From assembly GCA_051294905.1 (NCBI GenBank), contig CM119383.1:2852001-2916000 (forward strand): a DNA stretch of 64,000 nucleotides. The letters run 5' to 3'. The notes under the pieces are model-generated. The model searched no databases and was not told where the DNA came from. It saw only the letters and a program-made list of their open reading frames with translations. Below are positions 36,540 to 48,500 of the stretch, one piece after another; position 1 is the stretch's first letter, and each line of letters starts with the position of its first letter. This DNA is from Botryllus schlosseri. Its lineage: Eukaryota. A program made the translations under genes and the position numbers.

Positions 36540-39500
36540 CCTAGATTCAAAATAAAGTCAATGTAGCAAACTTGGCTGTAACAGTCAAAGTCACAAGAAG
36601 TAACCAAACCTTCATTGTTGCCATCGTCCGATTACGCATTACACGGTCAGTGCCTCAAATTGTAACGTGATACGTTTGCACATCGCTAATTCGTAAAACA
36701 GGTCAATTAGTGCCTATGATTACTATGAGTCATCATCACCCATAAAGGAGAAACGGGAATATCAAACAAAGCCGAGGGGCGGAATTCATAGAAGGTTTTG
36801 AGCAGTGCTTCTTAACCGGTGGGTCGCGAAGCTGTTTAAGGTGGGTCCCGAAGACGTTTTAAATGTTACACTTTCGTATTCATTTTTCCAAATATTCCGA
36901 ACAGTTTATGTGGTCAGGATTTGAAGAGAAATGCGCATTCTCCTCCTCCAAATTAAATTGTGTTCCGCCCATAAGCGCCACAAGCGACGTTGCCGTGCTC
37001 CCGATAATTCGTGAGCCAGGTTATCGTCACAGTCATATTGATTGGAGCGTGAAATCCGAGGGTGAGGTATTGTGTGTGCGTGAGATTGAAATTCATTTTT
37101 TCCTCCAAAGTCTTTAATCTATAATCAACAAACAAATACCGCTACGCAAGCTCCTCAAAACCCTTTTGTGTTCGACGTGATGGACGAATTGCTCATTGGA
37201 TACGCGCTTTCTCGTCTGTTATTGTTTGTAGTATTCGGTGTTTGCCATTACCGCGTCACGACATACCAAGACATGAAATTCCGGCCAATATGCGACTCCG
37301 TGAAATGTGCGGCCTAAAAGATCGAAACCTAGGGTATATATATGCTGAATTTTACATCGACTAGAGGCGCCTAAATGGCTGTTGAACATGATATAAATAT
37401 TGAAATGAAGCAGGATATTTTTGGCTGACACTCGTCAGGGGTAATCGTCAGCAACAAGTAGAGAATCGGAAAAAAACATTGTATATCAACAATCGTATGT
37501 TGACATTTGCTGATATACAATGTTCTTTCCAATTCTCTGCTATAGTTGCTGACGATTACCCCTGACGAGTGTCAGCCGAAAATATTCGGGTTCATTTCAA
37601 TATGAATATTCCATTCAATTGTATATTGAAGCTCTGTACCTCCCAGAAGCTCTCTAAATGGCTGTTTCCAAATATTATGCTGTCGCTAAAATTCATAGTA
37701 TAGTATACGCAATCGCCAATATCGCTGACCGAATACCATCATGAATTCTGGAAAATATTAACGCTAGGCGCGACCGGATGACTGTGACGCACTGAAAACA
37801 TAAAAACTGCCACTCATTAGCAGTGGTTTAAACGTTAGTCGCGGAAGAGCGTCTGGTGGGTCGTGCAATGAAATTTGGATGAAAAGGGGTCGCAAACTGA
37901 AAAAGGTTGAGAAGCACTGGTTTAAAGCACTCAGTCAGGGGTAAACCCGTCTTTTTAGAAGTGAGCGTCCAGCAGGTCGCCCTGTTACGTACACTAGTTG
38001 AAGGGAGGGCGAATTTCAGAAGAACTTCAAGTCTCGATCAACTATAAAGCTATTTCACCGAGCAGCGACCAAGACAATACGCTTTGTAGCATTTCAAATA
38101 TACAGTTTAACATGTATTGATAGGAAAATGCTGATAGGGGTTTAAAGAGAGTTCAAAATGTATCCTGTTTAACATTGGTTCGAAATATGGCGGCCAATGA
38201 ATATTATTTTTTGGTAATTAACCGTCACTTTCTCATTCTCTAATATCAACACATCAAGTGGGCAATATTTACTAACAGCGTAATTCACTTCTTTCAATGT
38301 AGAAATAAAATTAACACGGCCCGCCAACGTATATTTCTGCTTCTCATTTGGCCAGCGGGGAAAATGTTTGCCCACCCCTATTATGTACTCTATATATCTT
38401 GAGGTCACACGCCCGATTACGAGCCGCTCACACCAACAAGACTTGAGGGACAAACGGACAACTAGAAAATTTTCAGCTTTTCCTAATTAGACTGGAATTA
38501 GAATTACAGCTATACATTATTTTCCAAATTAGACTAAAATTAGAATTATGGCTACACGGGTGTTTTCCAAATTAGATGAGAATAGGGATTACCGCGCGAA
38601 CACTTGGTAATTGAATCATAGATCGGTTCATATCAAATCACAGTTCATTGTCAGAAGCATGAAAATGGCACATGTCTGTACAGCAAGCTTGGCTCATTCC
38701 GCACAATATAGTTCCAATGCAGCATTTTCAGGATAACCAAAGACAGTTAAAAAAAAAGTACATTAAAATTAGATTACCGGTATTTCGCAGTAATTATTCT
38801 AGCCATGCAACTGGAATTATCTATTTGTCCAAGTCTGTCACCAACTTGTCTGAATTCGCGCTTAACTTAAATCATTCTTGCGAGCTGACTTAAATTAAGA
38901 TTTTCGATTCACCTCCGGTATATTGATTAACGCTAAAATTTTATCGGACATCACATCAGAAATGAACCTTAATATTAGTACCCAGGTTTAATGCAACCTT
39001 GTGCAGGCTATATAGCCGCATGAATTCTTGGAGCTTTATCGTTCTTTTTTAATCGTTATATAAGGTCACAGGATTTAGTTTAGATGCGAAGGCGAACCCC
39101 TGCTTGACTTTAGTCGTGTTCGAGATGCGTTGGTGGGTCAGGTTGATAAAAGGTTTCAACAATAGAACGTTGCTAGCTACGGGTCCATCGTAATCAGGAT
39201 CATCAATTGTTGTTGATGACGACAGCCCTTCATTGCGTAAGCTGTGGCCTACTAGCCTTTTTCTTGTACACAATTATTCTATAGATACAAATTTTAGGAT
39301 CACTGGCGAGGTACAGCTTGGCCGACTATCACCCACAAGATGTATTTTTTCGAAGGTAGCCGTAATTTTGAGCCCGAAAGACATATGAAATGATTTTTAA
39401 TCGTGCAAAAAAATACACCATCCAGCAACACATTAAGTTAAACCGATCCCCCTTTTCGTTCAGTGCGAATTCTTTGATCACACATACACTGCTTATACGT

Positions 39501-42500
39501 GGGTAGGATTGCCAAGCTACCTAAATATATCATTCCGGATAAGAGCATACACATCAAGAGGACCTGGAAATTTTACAGACAACCAAACCGTTTATACAGG
39601 TGGATACAATATCATATATCTTAGCTACAAAAATTCTTGTTTGGTTTGCACGGTAGTTTATGTATCTTGTAAACCTCGAACATTATGCTAAAATGCCACC
39701 AGTCACAGACGGTATAGGCTATAATACACAATAACGACGCACTATTATAGGAAATCGATGTGATCCTTGGGAAGCATCTCACGATATGATTCACTGCGAA
39801 GACATGTACGGCTTGATACAGTCATCTGGACCTGTACGAGTTTCCCTCACTATGAATCATGTCAACTCCGCTCGGAAATGGAGCATCAATCTAACGCAGT
39901 TTGCCGGATGGAGAGCAAAAATTGTATTTTTGGAAGAAGAAGATGAGTAAGTTTAGGGATACGGGGACACATAATCAAAACAATTACGAAGATATAAAAA
40001 AGAAAAGGCATGCCGTAGCCCAAGAACTAGAGATTACATGTCATCTGAGCGTTCTTCATCAATCTAGAAGTGAAAGTTTGACCGGGCTTTGTACTAGAGC
40101 AAGGGTTTCCAGACTTTTTATGGTCGTGACCCAAATTTCGATTTGAAAATGTGTTGGGACCTACCTCTCAATTTGGCGTGCTGGTTACTAAAAAAGGGTC
40201 AGAACCTTCGTCCAAAGCAACTCACGGCCTATGTGTGAAGCTGGCGACTGTGCGCAGTAGTAGCAATTACGATCTCGTCAATATCCGTCCTTAGATTACG
40301 AAACACTATCAAGTTTCAAGAATAAGCAACGTATAGGTCTTTTGGAACGATTTCAATTTATGTCCAATCTAAAGTACTGCAACTAGAAACGCGAAACACA
40401 GATAACGATGTATACCAATGATTCCCAACCTTTTTCGACTCATCGCCCCCTTATCAATCTCGACACAAATTCTCGACGTCTTCTTTTGATTTTTATTATG
40501 CTGCCGGCACTTTAACGTTCATAATGATGGCCAGACACGCAGACACTAACCTCAAGTTATAGTAGGTTGCCATGTACAATAACGTTTGGAGCAGAGGTCT
40601 CAAACACGCGGCCCGCGAGAACATTTTGTGGGGCCCGCGACGGGATTTTGGAATTTCAAGTATTCGACAATATATTCAAGTGCCGTAGATCTTTTTTAGA
40701 TTTAAGAACCTAAAGTTCACTCTGAAACTACTACAAACTTCACTATCACATCACTTTTAAAATCTACTATGCGGTAGACGATCAGCTTTTACGTCGCATT
40801 TGTAGTTCCTGGTGATAAAACATGACCCGTTGATGATTCGTGACTTAAAATTGTGATTTGGTTTGGTGCGACCTTTCGAAAAATAACTCGATTTCGGATT
40901 TCGTGGGTGATAAAATAAAATGACTCTATAGTTGAGTCGTGTCAAACGTTAAAATCAAAGAACCTGCGACTCGGAACGCTGACTTGGTAATCCTACGGAC
41001 GCAACGATCTATGAAACTGTCATGGGGAATAGTAATACATCAAAAGGTCGTAGCTTCCGTTGCGTATGGCAGGGTTGTAATGACTCGAGTCATGACTCGA
41101 CTCGAGTCACGATTTTCTGATGACTCGACTTGACTCGAGTCAATCTGTGTGTTGACTCGACTTGGACTCGAGTCATTGCGCATGACTCGAACCAAGTCAT
41201 TGACTCGAGACTCAGACGGCCAAGACCGACATTTCATTGTAATTCCGAAGCCAACACACTATTGAGATTTCGTCTGTTGGAACTGGTACTTGAAAATGCG
41301 ACCAGAAACTGCTAAAAGTGAGGAAAATTAATATATTATAAATGCGAAACATTCGATATCACCAAACAGAGTTATAAAAGTGGGTTTTAAAAGACTTTAA
41401 CTGGAAACTGAGCAGTCAACACAATGACTTGGACTCGGACTCGAGTCATAATTCCATGACTCGGACTCGACCCTCTGCTCGCTGACTTGGACTCGGACTT
41501 GACTCGGCGGTGAATTGAAATGACTCGACTTGACTCGAGTCAAAACTATAAAAGTGACATTGACTTGTGACTCGGAGCCTTGTGACTTGGTTACAACCCT
41601 GGCGTATGGCAGAGGTCTCAAACTCAAATGTGCTCGCGGGCCAGTTTTCCAGTTTTGACGACGCCGCGGGCCGCAGCATTTGTAGGGGTATTTTATGCCT
41701 TTCCAAGTAGGCCTTATTTGGCGGGAATGAATTGTCCTATTGAAAGTGCGCCGATCCAGCAGACTGACAGTAAACACAGATCGTCAAAATTTGATTTACT
41801 TTTGCATCAATTTAGGCCTGGCACGAAAAGAATCATCACATATATAACTATTTGAATGGAATTGTTGTTGTACTTGATATATATTAATTATAAGATATAG
41901 ACACCATATGGGCGGACAAATATATGGTGCCATCACGAATGCTATCGGGTTATAATTTTGCAGCTACTATGAATATTTTGAATTTAACAGATTGATAATA
42001 GAGACTGTTCTGATATCAAAACATTTTTAGGTTGAGCATTGTAATTCCAATCCAGGACTCAGGTATACTTCTGATAAGTAGGCTATTAATCTCATGGCCA
42101 AATATCTTCAAATATAGGAGCAGAAAAAAATATAAATATAATATAAATATATTATTGAATGTGTCCTAGTGATTGAAATGTCGGAACGCCGAACGGCCCA
42201 TTGTTGTTACATCGTTGGAGCGTACCACCACGGTACTCGGTACCTTTAAGTGGCCTTAATAATATGATTTAGCGACCAAAGATGTAACTAACAGATTGCC
42301 AATGGTTGCCATAACTACTTGCTTAGTTAGCGAAATACCAAGCTGCGACCTTCTGATCTATTACTATTCCCCTGATACGCGATTAGTTTGTTGCGTCCAT
42401 GGTTCTAACAAATTCGCGGCATTCCGAGTCACTCCGAGTCCACTCGAGTCATTTTCATTTTGTCATCGAGTTAGCCCGAGTCTGAGTAATTCTAAGAAAG

Positions 42501-45500
42501 GTCGCGTCCAAGTCCAACTCACAAACTTCAGTCATGAATCGTCTTAGGGTCAGGTTTTGTCGTCATGAATTGGAAATGTGGCGTAATAGTAAATCTTCCA
42601 CTGCATGGTAGCGTTTGCAATTGATGTGATAGTGATGTTTGATGAATATAGTTTCAGGCTTTCGGAGCAATGTCAGAGGGAATTTTCACTTTATAAGCTG
42701 AAAAGATATATATGACACTTAGATATTGTCAAATTAATAAAAATCTAAAATGTCGCCGCGGGCCGCCCAAAATGCTCTGGCGGGCCGCGTGTTTGAGACC
42801 TCTGACGTATGGTATATAGCTATTTAATCAGGTCAGCAAGGAAACCATGGCCATGCTGTGGCCTACGTGACGTATAGTTGGTTGCATCCTGAGTGTTGTT
42901 TGTTCTACTTATTCATGTTATTATCGGTGGCGAGTAATGGTACTATCCACAGCTGTAACCCCAATGGATTCTTCGGCGATTGAACATTTCTATTCCTGGG
43001 GTCCGTACTCCGTAGACCCTTTCGGGGTACGAAGCATCACATCAGGGGGTACGAGATGCATTGTGGAATTATGCATATATGATGTGGAATATTTTCTGGG
43101 CCAATTTATTCAACTGGAAAATATTCTTCGCGCTAGTCGCGATTTTATGTGAATGGGCTTTCTGATTTTAATATAGGTGCCATCGCAAATTGTGTTAAAA
43201 ATGGACTGGGAGTACGAGAAATCTTATTGAAAGCTCAAGGGTACGATCGCTAAAAGCTCAGGAACCAATGCTATTTCTATGGCACAATAATGATTATATT
43301 TTAATTGTTCTTGATCTGTTCCGATAATACTGGAAGGCAAATCTTACGCTGATTTAATTTGACTTTGACAATGACAGTAAACACAGCCTACTTAACAGGA
43401 CTATATAAGAAACACGGGTTATGCTATACAGCAGTGGTCGGGAACCTATGGCTCGCGAGCCACATATGGCTCTTTTGGGTATAAGATGTGGCTCTTTGAC
43501 ATGTTTTTAATTTTGTACCTAATTTTATCGATATTGCAGCAACTTGTTAGTAAATTATCACAACGGACAGAATAGTTATTCTTGTGGCAGCATAAACATT
43601 TATTTGAGAGGTCAAGACAGTGCCGTATCCAGGTTAAGTGCTCGGACCCCTTTACAAAATGCTCAAATTTAAGTTGCTGTCGCGGCAGCGACCAATATCC
43701 CTCGCGAATTCGATGTACTCCGCATCGCGCTCTATGTAATCTTGGATTGTACCACACGTTATAGGAGATCAAAGAGAACTAGGACGTCTATATGACAATC
43801 TAGTTTTCAAATAGGCTACACATTGTCGGCCTGATCTACGCCGAGAAATGAACTGTTTTGGAAGTGACATTCCAATTACAAATCGAAATTACAAACCACG
43901 CTTGGCTATCCACGTTCTTCATTGATAAGTAGCTTTCTAGTAATTCCGTTAAAATGTAGGCGTTTAGTGCAACGTTTATGTTACCGCCGAATTGAGAAGT
44001 CGATCAATATTTAGATTTTCGGAATCAGTGCTGCAGTTATATTAGATAAATATCAATTATTTTAAATTCTGAGCTATTTACGAGGAATTGCGCTACCACA
44101 GGATGATTAGTAGCCTACCAGATTTTACAGAAAAAATACGGCGCCCACGACTAATCCAATGTAGTGAGTTCGAATTTGTACTACCATGACGTCACTAATT
44201 TTCAATTGTGACGTAACACTTGATTGACATGTATGGCTCTTTGGGACTTGAAATGGAAAATATAGGTCTAAAATGGCTCTTCAGAAGAAAAAGGTTCCCG
44301 ACCACTGCTATACAGCGCTCAAATGCTCTGATATCAGATCGAACTTAAGTAAATTACAAAATATTCTACATAAAATTGAGGCAAGTCAAAGGTCCACCAG
44401 CTGCAATGTTATAACCCGACAGATTTGACGATGTCATGATATGTCCTCTCGCATGATGTCTATAACTCAATATTTTAACAAAATATGCCCGGCGCAAAAA
44501 CAATTTTATTCAAATATTTGAAAATGTGATTTTTCCGTGCCAAGCGTGAATAGTATAATAGTAAATGACATTTTCACGATGTTTGTGGAATGCCTGTCTG
44601 CACGGTCCGTCAAATAAGGCCTTCTTGGAAATTATATGCATTGAATATACTACCCGTATATTATTGATGCTGCGGCCCGCGGCGTAATCAAAAACTAAAG
44701 AAATTGGCCCGCGAGCACATTTGAGTTTGATACCTCTGGTATAGAGTAATATCTTGTGTACCATTCCTCAGAGGTCTTGTCTTCTTCTATGAAATAAAAT
44801 GTTCAGAAATGAGCCTCCGATACCATCCGCTTAATTGGCATTATTGTAATAGTCATTGGTATTTAATTTTCGTCGGCGCGACCCCAGAGAATAGGCAAAC
44901 GACCCCATTGCGGTCGCGACCGCTAGTTTGGGAAACCCTGTACTAGAGGCGTAGGGGCCCAAATCAGACCGCAATTTCAGTCCGAGAGTTCGGATCAAAT
45001 GTACGCGAAAATGAATTCATTTCAGTTCCTATAATTTCGATGGTCTAACACGGGATGGATCAAATACCAACATCTTGTACCCGAACATGATAGCTACAGA
45101 CGAGCAAAATATTCTTTGGATTGTCGAGACCTCTGAACAGAGTCAACGAGGTTTTGAGCTTCAACTGGAAATCGAACTTGGTGAGAAGCATTCAAAGCTT
45201 AGGTTGAGTTGCCGAAATCGTATTTTCTTGCTGGAAAATGAAATCGATTTTGTATAGTACTGATGAAAACGTATTTTGCAGATGGTGATGATTGTGCATC
45301 ATCGCCATGTCTGAACGATGGGATATGTATCGACAAAAACTATGACTTCGAATGTAATTGCACAGCGGAATGGGCTAATAAAAGTTGTCAAACGCGTGCG
45401 TATAGATATTAGTTGGAACAACACCACGTCCGTAGCTTGCTCGGTATATTGTTTCGTCAGCTCGCCTAGACCCTGATGTGAATTGCATGCCTCACGAGAG

Positions 45501-48500
45501 AAATGTAACTTTGAAGTACAGCATACCGGGAGGATGGGGAAATGACGAAACCATAATTAGGGTAAGAATTGGCTTGTATACGTGTATTTGCTCAGGGGAA
45601 AGCGGTATTGAGTTTTGATTTGACCCGTGTTTGGAGGGCTGATACATTGTGATTTCATCATGATTGTGAAGTGAAATATTGATCGGTTCTAACCACTGGC
45701 GTGGTACTACACAGCATTGACCCATGTACAAATGCAAACGGTAATTGAGACATCACATCGAAAAACCGAGCGTGTTGTTTAGGGATACAGCTGCGAAATA
45801 TGGTCTGATGGAATCGTGCAGCACAATGCCACAACGGTAGGAATTCGGAAACGAGAGATGGAGTTGCCTGGACTATCTCCGTTCACAAACTATACGATTC
45901 TATGCTATGTAAAGCCGTCAAAAAGGAGTGCTGTATTGTTAGCGAAAAACCTTTCATGCGAGACGTTGAAGGATGGTAAGTGTTTTTGTTTACAGAAGTG
46001 TCCAGACATCATCTGTAGGTGTCGATTTCAAGACGTTTTCATGATAAATCGCATAAATTCCACGTCATAATGATGTAAATGAGAATATGTATAGATGTCA
46101 TAGCATTCTTCTTTCGAATTGGCCACAACTGTAGGCTACCTCACGAAAAGTTACCTCACCGTGCGCCACGAAATGGTTTCTATCTTCAACAACTCATCCT
46201 CTCCCCACCTGATTACCTGTGATGTACCCCAAGGCTCAGTATCTGGTCGGTCCTTTTCACGTTATATGTAAATGATATTTTCAACGATAAAATTGCCAAA
46301 TACCTCAGGAGAACTCGACACGAAAAAGTACCGGTAGAATAACATTATAGTTCACCTACCGATTCATGTCACTACCTTTCTATCGCTTGTCTTTTTTCTT
46401 ATCTTCTGTTACTTTCAAATCATGTCACACGTCACTGCATGTTCTAGCTAAGCAGATATATCTAGAACTCTAGTTCTAGTTCTAGATATCTCTGGAGCCA
46501 AGCCAAGGTGGGTATTTGATTGAAAGTCTATTCGATTTCATCGCAATGATGTTTTCAAATTAGGAAATTATTAATGAAAACTGGACTGAAGATAGGCCTA
46601 TCGGCGCAAATTACCAGTTATTACAATCACAAATTACCTCGTATACATTATATTATTCCAGTTCCCACTGTTCCTCGGAATGTCACCCTATTACCGGGAA
46701 ATCAATCGATCAAAGTATCATGGACACCACCTGCGGAACCAAGCGGTGAAGTAACGTATACCGTGTCAGTTAACTCAACGGTAATTATGCGCCACTCTTG
46801 GTTAGATTCTCGAGCAACTTTACCCCTACGTAGTATTCATTGCAACTATTTATTTCATAGCTGACAAGCGGCAGGCCGAATCTCAAATTTCTGTACTTAG
46901 AACAGCAGCGTGGAACCTTTTGATTACCGCGGGCCGCATCGATCGCAAAAAAAAACTTTTTCTGTTCATTCTCACGAGATCTCTCCGATCCTATTACTAG
47001 GCTATGCAATAGGGCAGGGGCCGGCGACCTTTCGTGTGCAACGTGCCAACATATGTCAATTTCAAAAATATTACCAACTGGCGTGCCAAACATTTATTTA
47101 TCGTTTCAAGCAAGGAAATCTACCAATCGCTTATCTGAAGCTGCCAACGGCACCGGTTACGCTAGTGGTTCTCAAAGTATGGGTCGCGAAAGGTATAAAT
47201 TATGGTACACAGCTACGCACAACAGCTATCATCTAATGTACATATTATTTGCTTAATTTATTGCGAAAATAATTATTCGCGCTAAGTGTTATCTAATGTG
47301 GTTGCTTTTGTAGTTTCTGTAATCGGTACCAGGGCCAATAAGCGACACACGCACCATCGTTGTTACGACGCGGTATGGCTTGATCATGATAAATATACCC
47401 ACTCCTGTACCATACAAGTCGGTTGACACATAGGTTTGTCAGCAACGCTCTAAACGTCGCGGTAAATACTGTCGCTGTTCAAAATACATTGGAATCACTT
47501 ACTCGTATCAGACTAAACTATGGAATAAAATCTCCTTTCGCGAGATGAACGCGCATTTCGCATTTCGTCGCGGGGCTCATTATTTTACCTGCGGGTCTGA
47601 TTTGCACCGAGCGACTCAGGCTGCGGGCACAGGACTATTCAGCCCCGGTCATTTCGACGCCTGGATATATCAATATCGGAAGTTTTGCAAGATTTTATCG
47701 CCGCCAGTCGTTTTAGGAGCGCAGTTAACGGAGGCGCATGTCTCCCGAAACGTTATCTGTGTTGGTGTCTCCTAGCTTAAAAACACCCAGCGCCGAAATG
47801 CCGGTTCCTAATAGTAGCGCTACCGCGCAGGCTGCGCAGAGCGCACCCCTAGACTAGAGCATCCGAACGGCCACATACGATATTAGCATGCAGTTCACTT
47901 ATAATTGCTAATACGTTTGGAGTCATTGCTGTATTATATTAAGCATAGTTTGTATTTTTTCGATGTATTTTTGGGGGTATCCACAATAAAAGGAAATCGG
48001 TTCAATTAAATCGCGCCATGCGCGAAGAACATTTTCAAGTTAAATAGAATAAAAAAAATCGCCCTAATTATACCATGTCGTGTGTACCAATTCATTTGAC
48101 GTGCCATGAAAAATCACTCGCGTGCTACAATTGGCACGCATGCCAGGGGTTGCCGACCCCTGAAATGGGGTCTTGCATTCCAGACTTTCAATTCTCCTGT
48201 TTGGTAGTATTAAAGGGGAAGTGAGCAGACTTGGACAACTAAATAACGCTGGTTGACTTATTTTTAGCAAAATGCCGGCAATCCAATTCTATTCCTATTT
48301 TGTGAATTGTTTCCGCGCTGTAATTTTAATTCTAACCTCTGAAAAGGCTACAGGAGAACTGTATAGTGCGAAACGAGCCAAGCTACGCGTATACACTGTA
48401 CAATGTACATGCATTTGCCATTCTCGTGCTTACGAAAATATACTCTGCGTTGATGCGAACTGTGCTGTTGAATTTCTTTATAACTCGGAATTTAATTCAA

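Larger units (their letters stand above)
40592..44738 (-). mobile_element. Family C hAT element (outer copy, opposite orientation to 41610-42804)
   Basis: Ends cagaggtctcaaacacgcggcccgcg and catttgagtttgatacctctg. Flanks gtttggag / gtatagag (6/8). Confidence 0.7.
40100..44940. mobile_element. Outer element of a 4.84 kb nested hAT stack filling the aGPCR intron 39947-45025
   Basis: Perfect 8-bp TSD tactagag (40092-40099 and 44941-44948). Imperfect TIR caagggtttccagac vs cagggtttcccaaac. Confidence 0.75.

Noticed and set aside
39049-39273. 74-aa minus ORF, with plus-strand DAKANPCL resembling an EGF start
   Set aside because: No further cysteines, and the aGPCR model needs no exon here.
8030-41601. 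Dense gactcgagtc repeats resembling a CRISPR or tandem array, plus several 60-125 aa ORFs over them
   Set aside because: No regular repeat-spacer period and the context is eukaryotic. They are subterminal repeats of MITE family B, and the ORFs are by-products.
42937-43152. 71-aa ORF inside the aGPCR intron as a possible extra CUB exon
   Set aside because: It lies within the TSD-bounded transposon stack and has no CUB motif. The flanking exons already join in phase.
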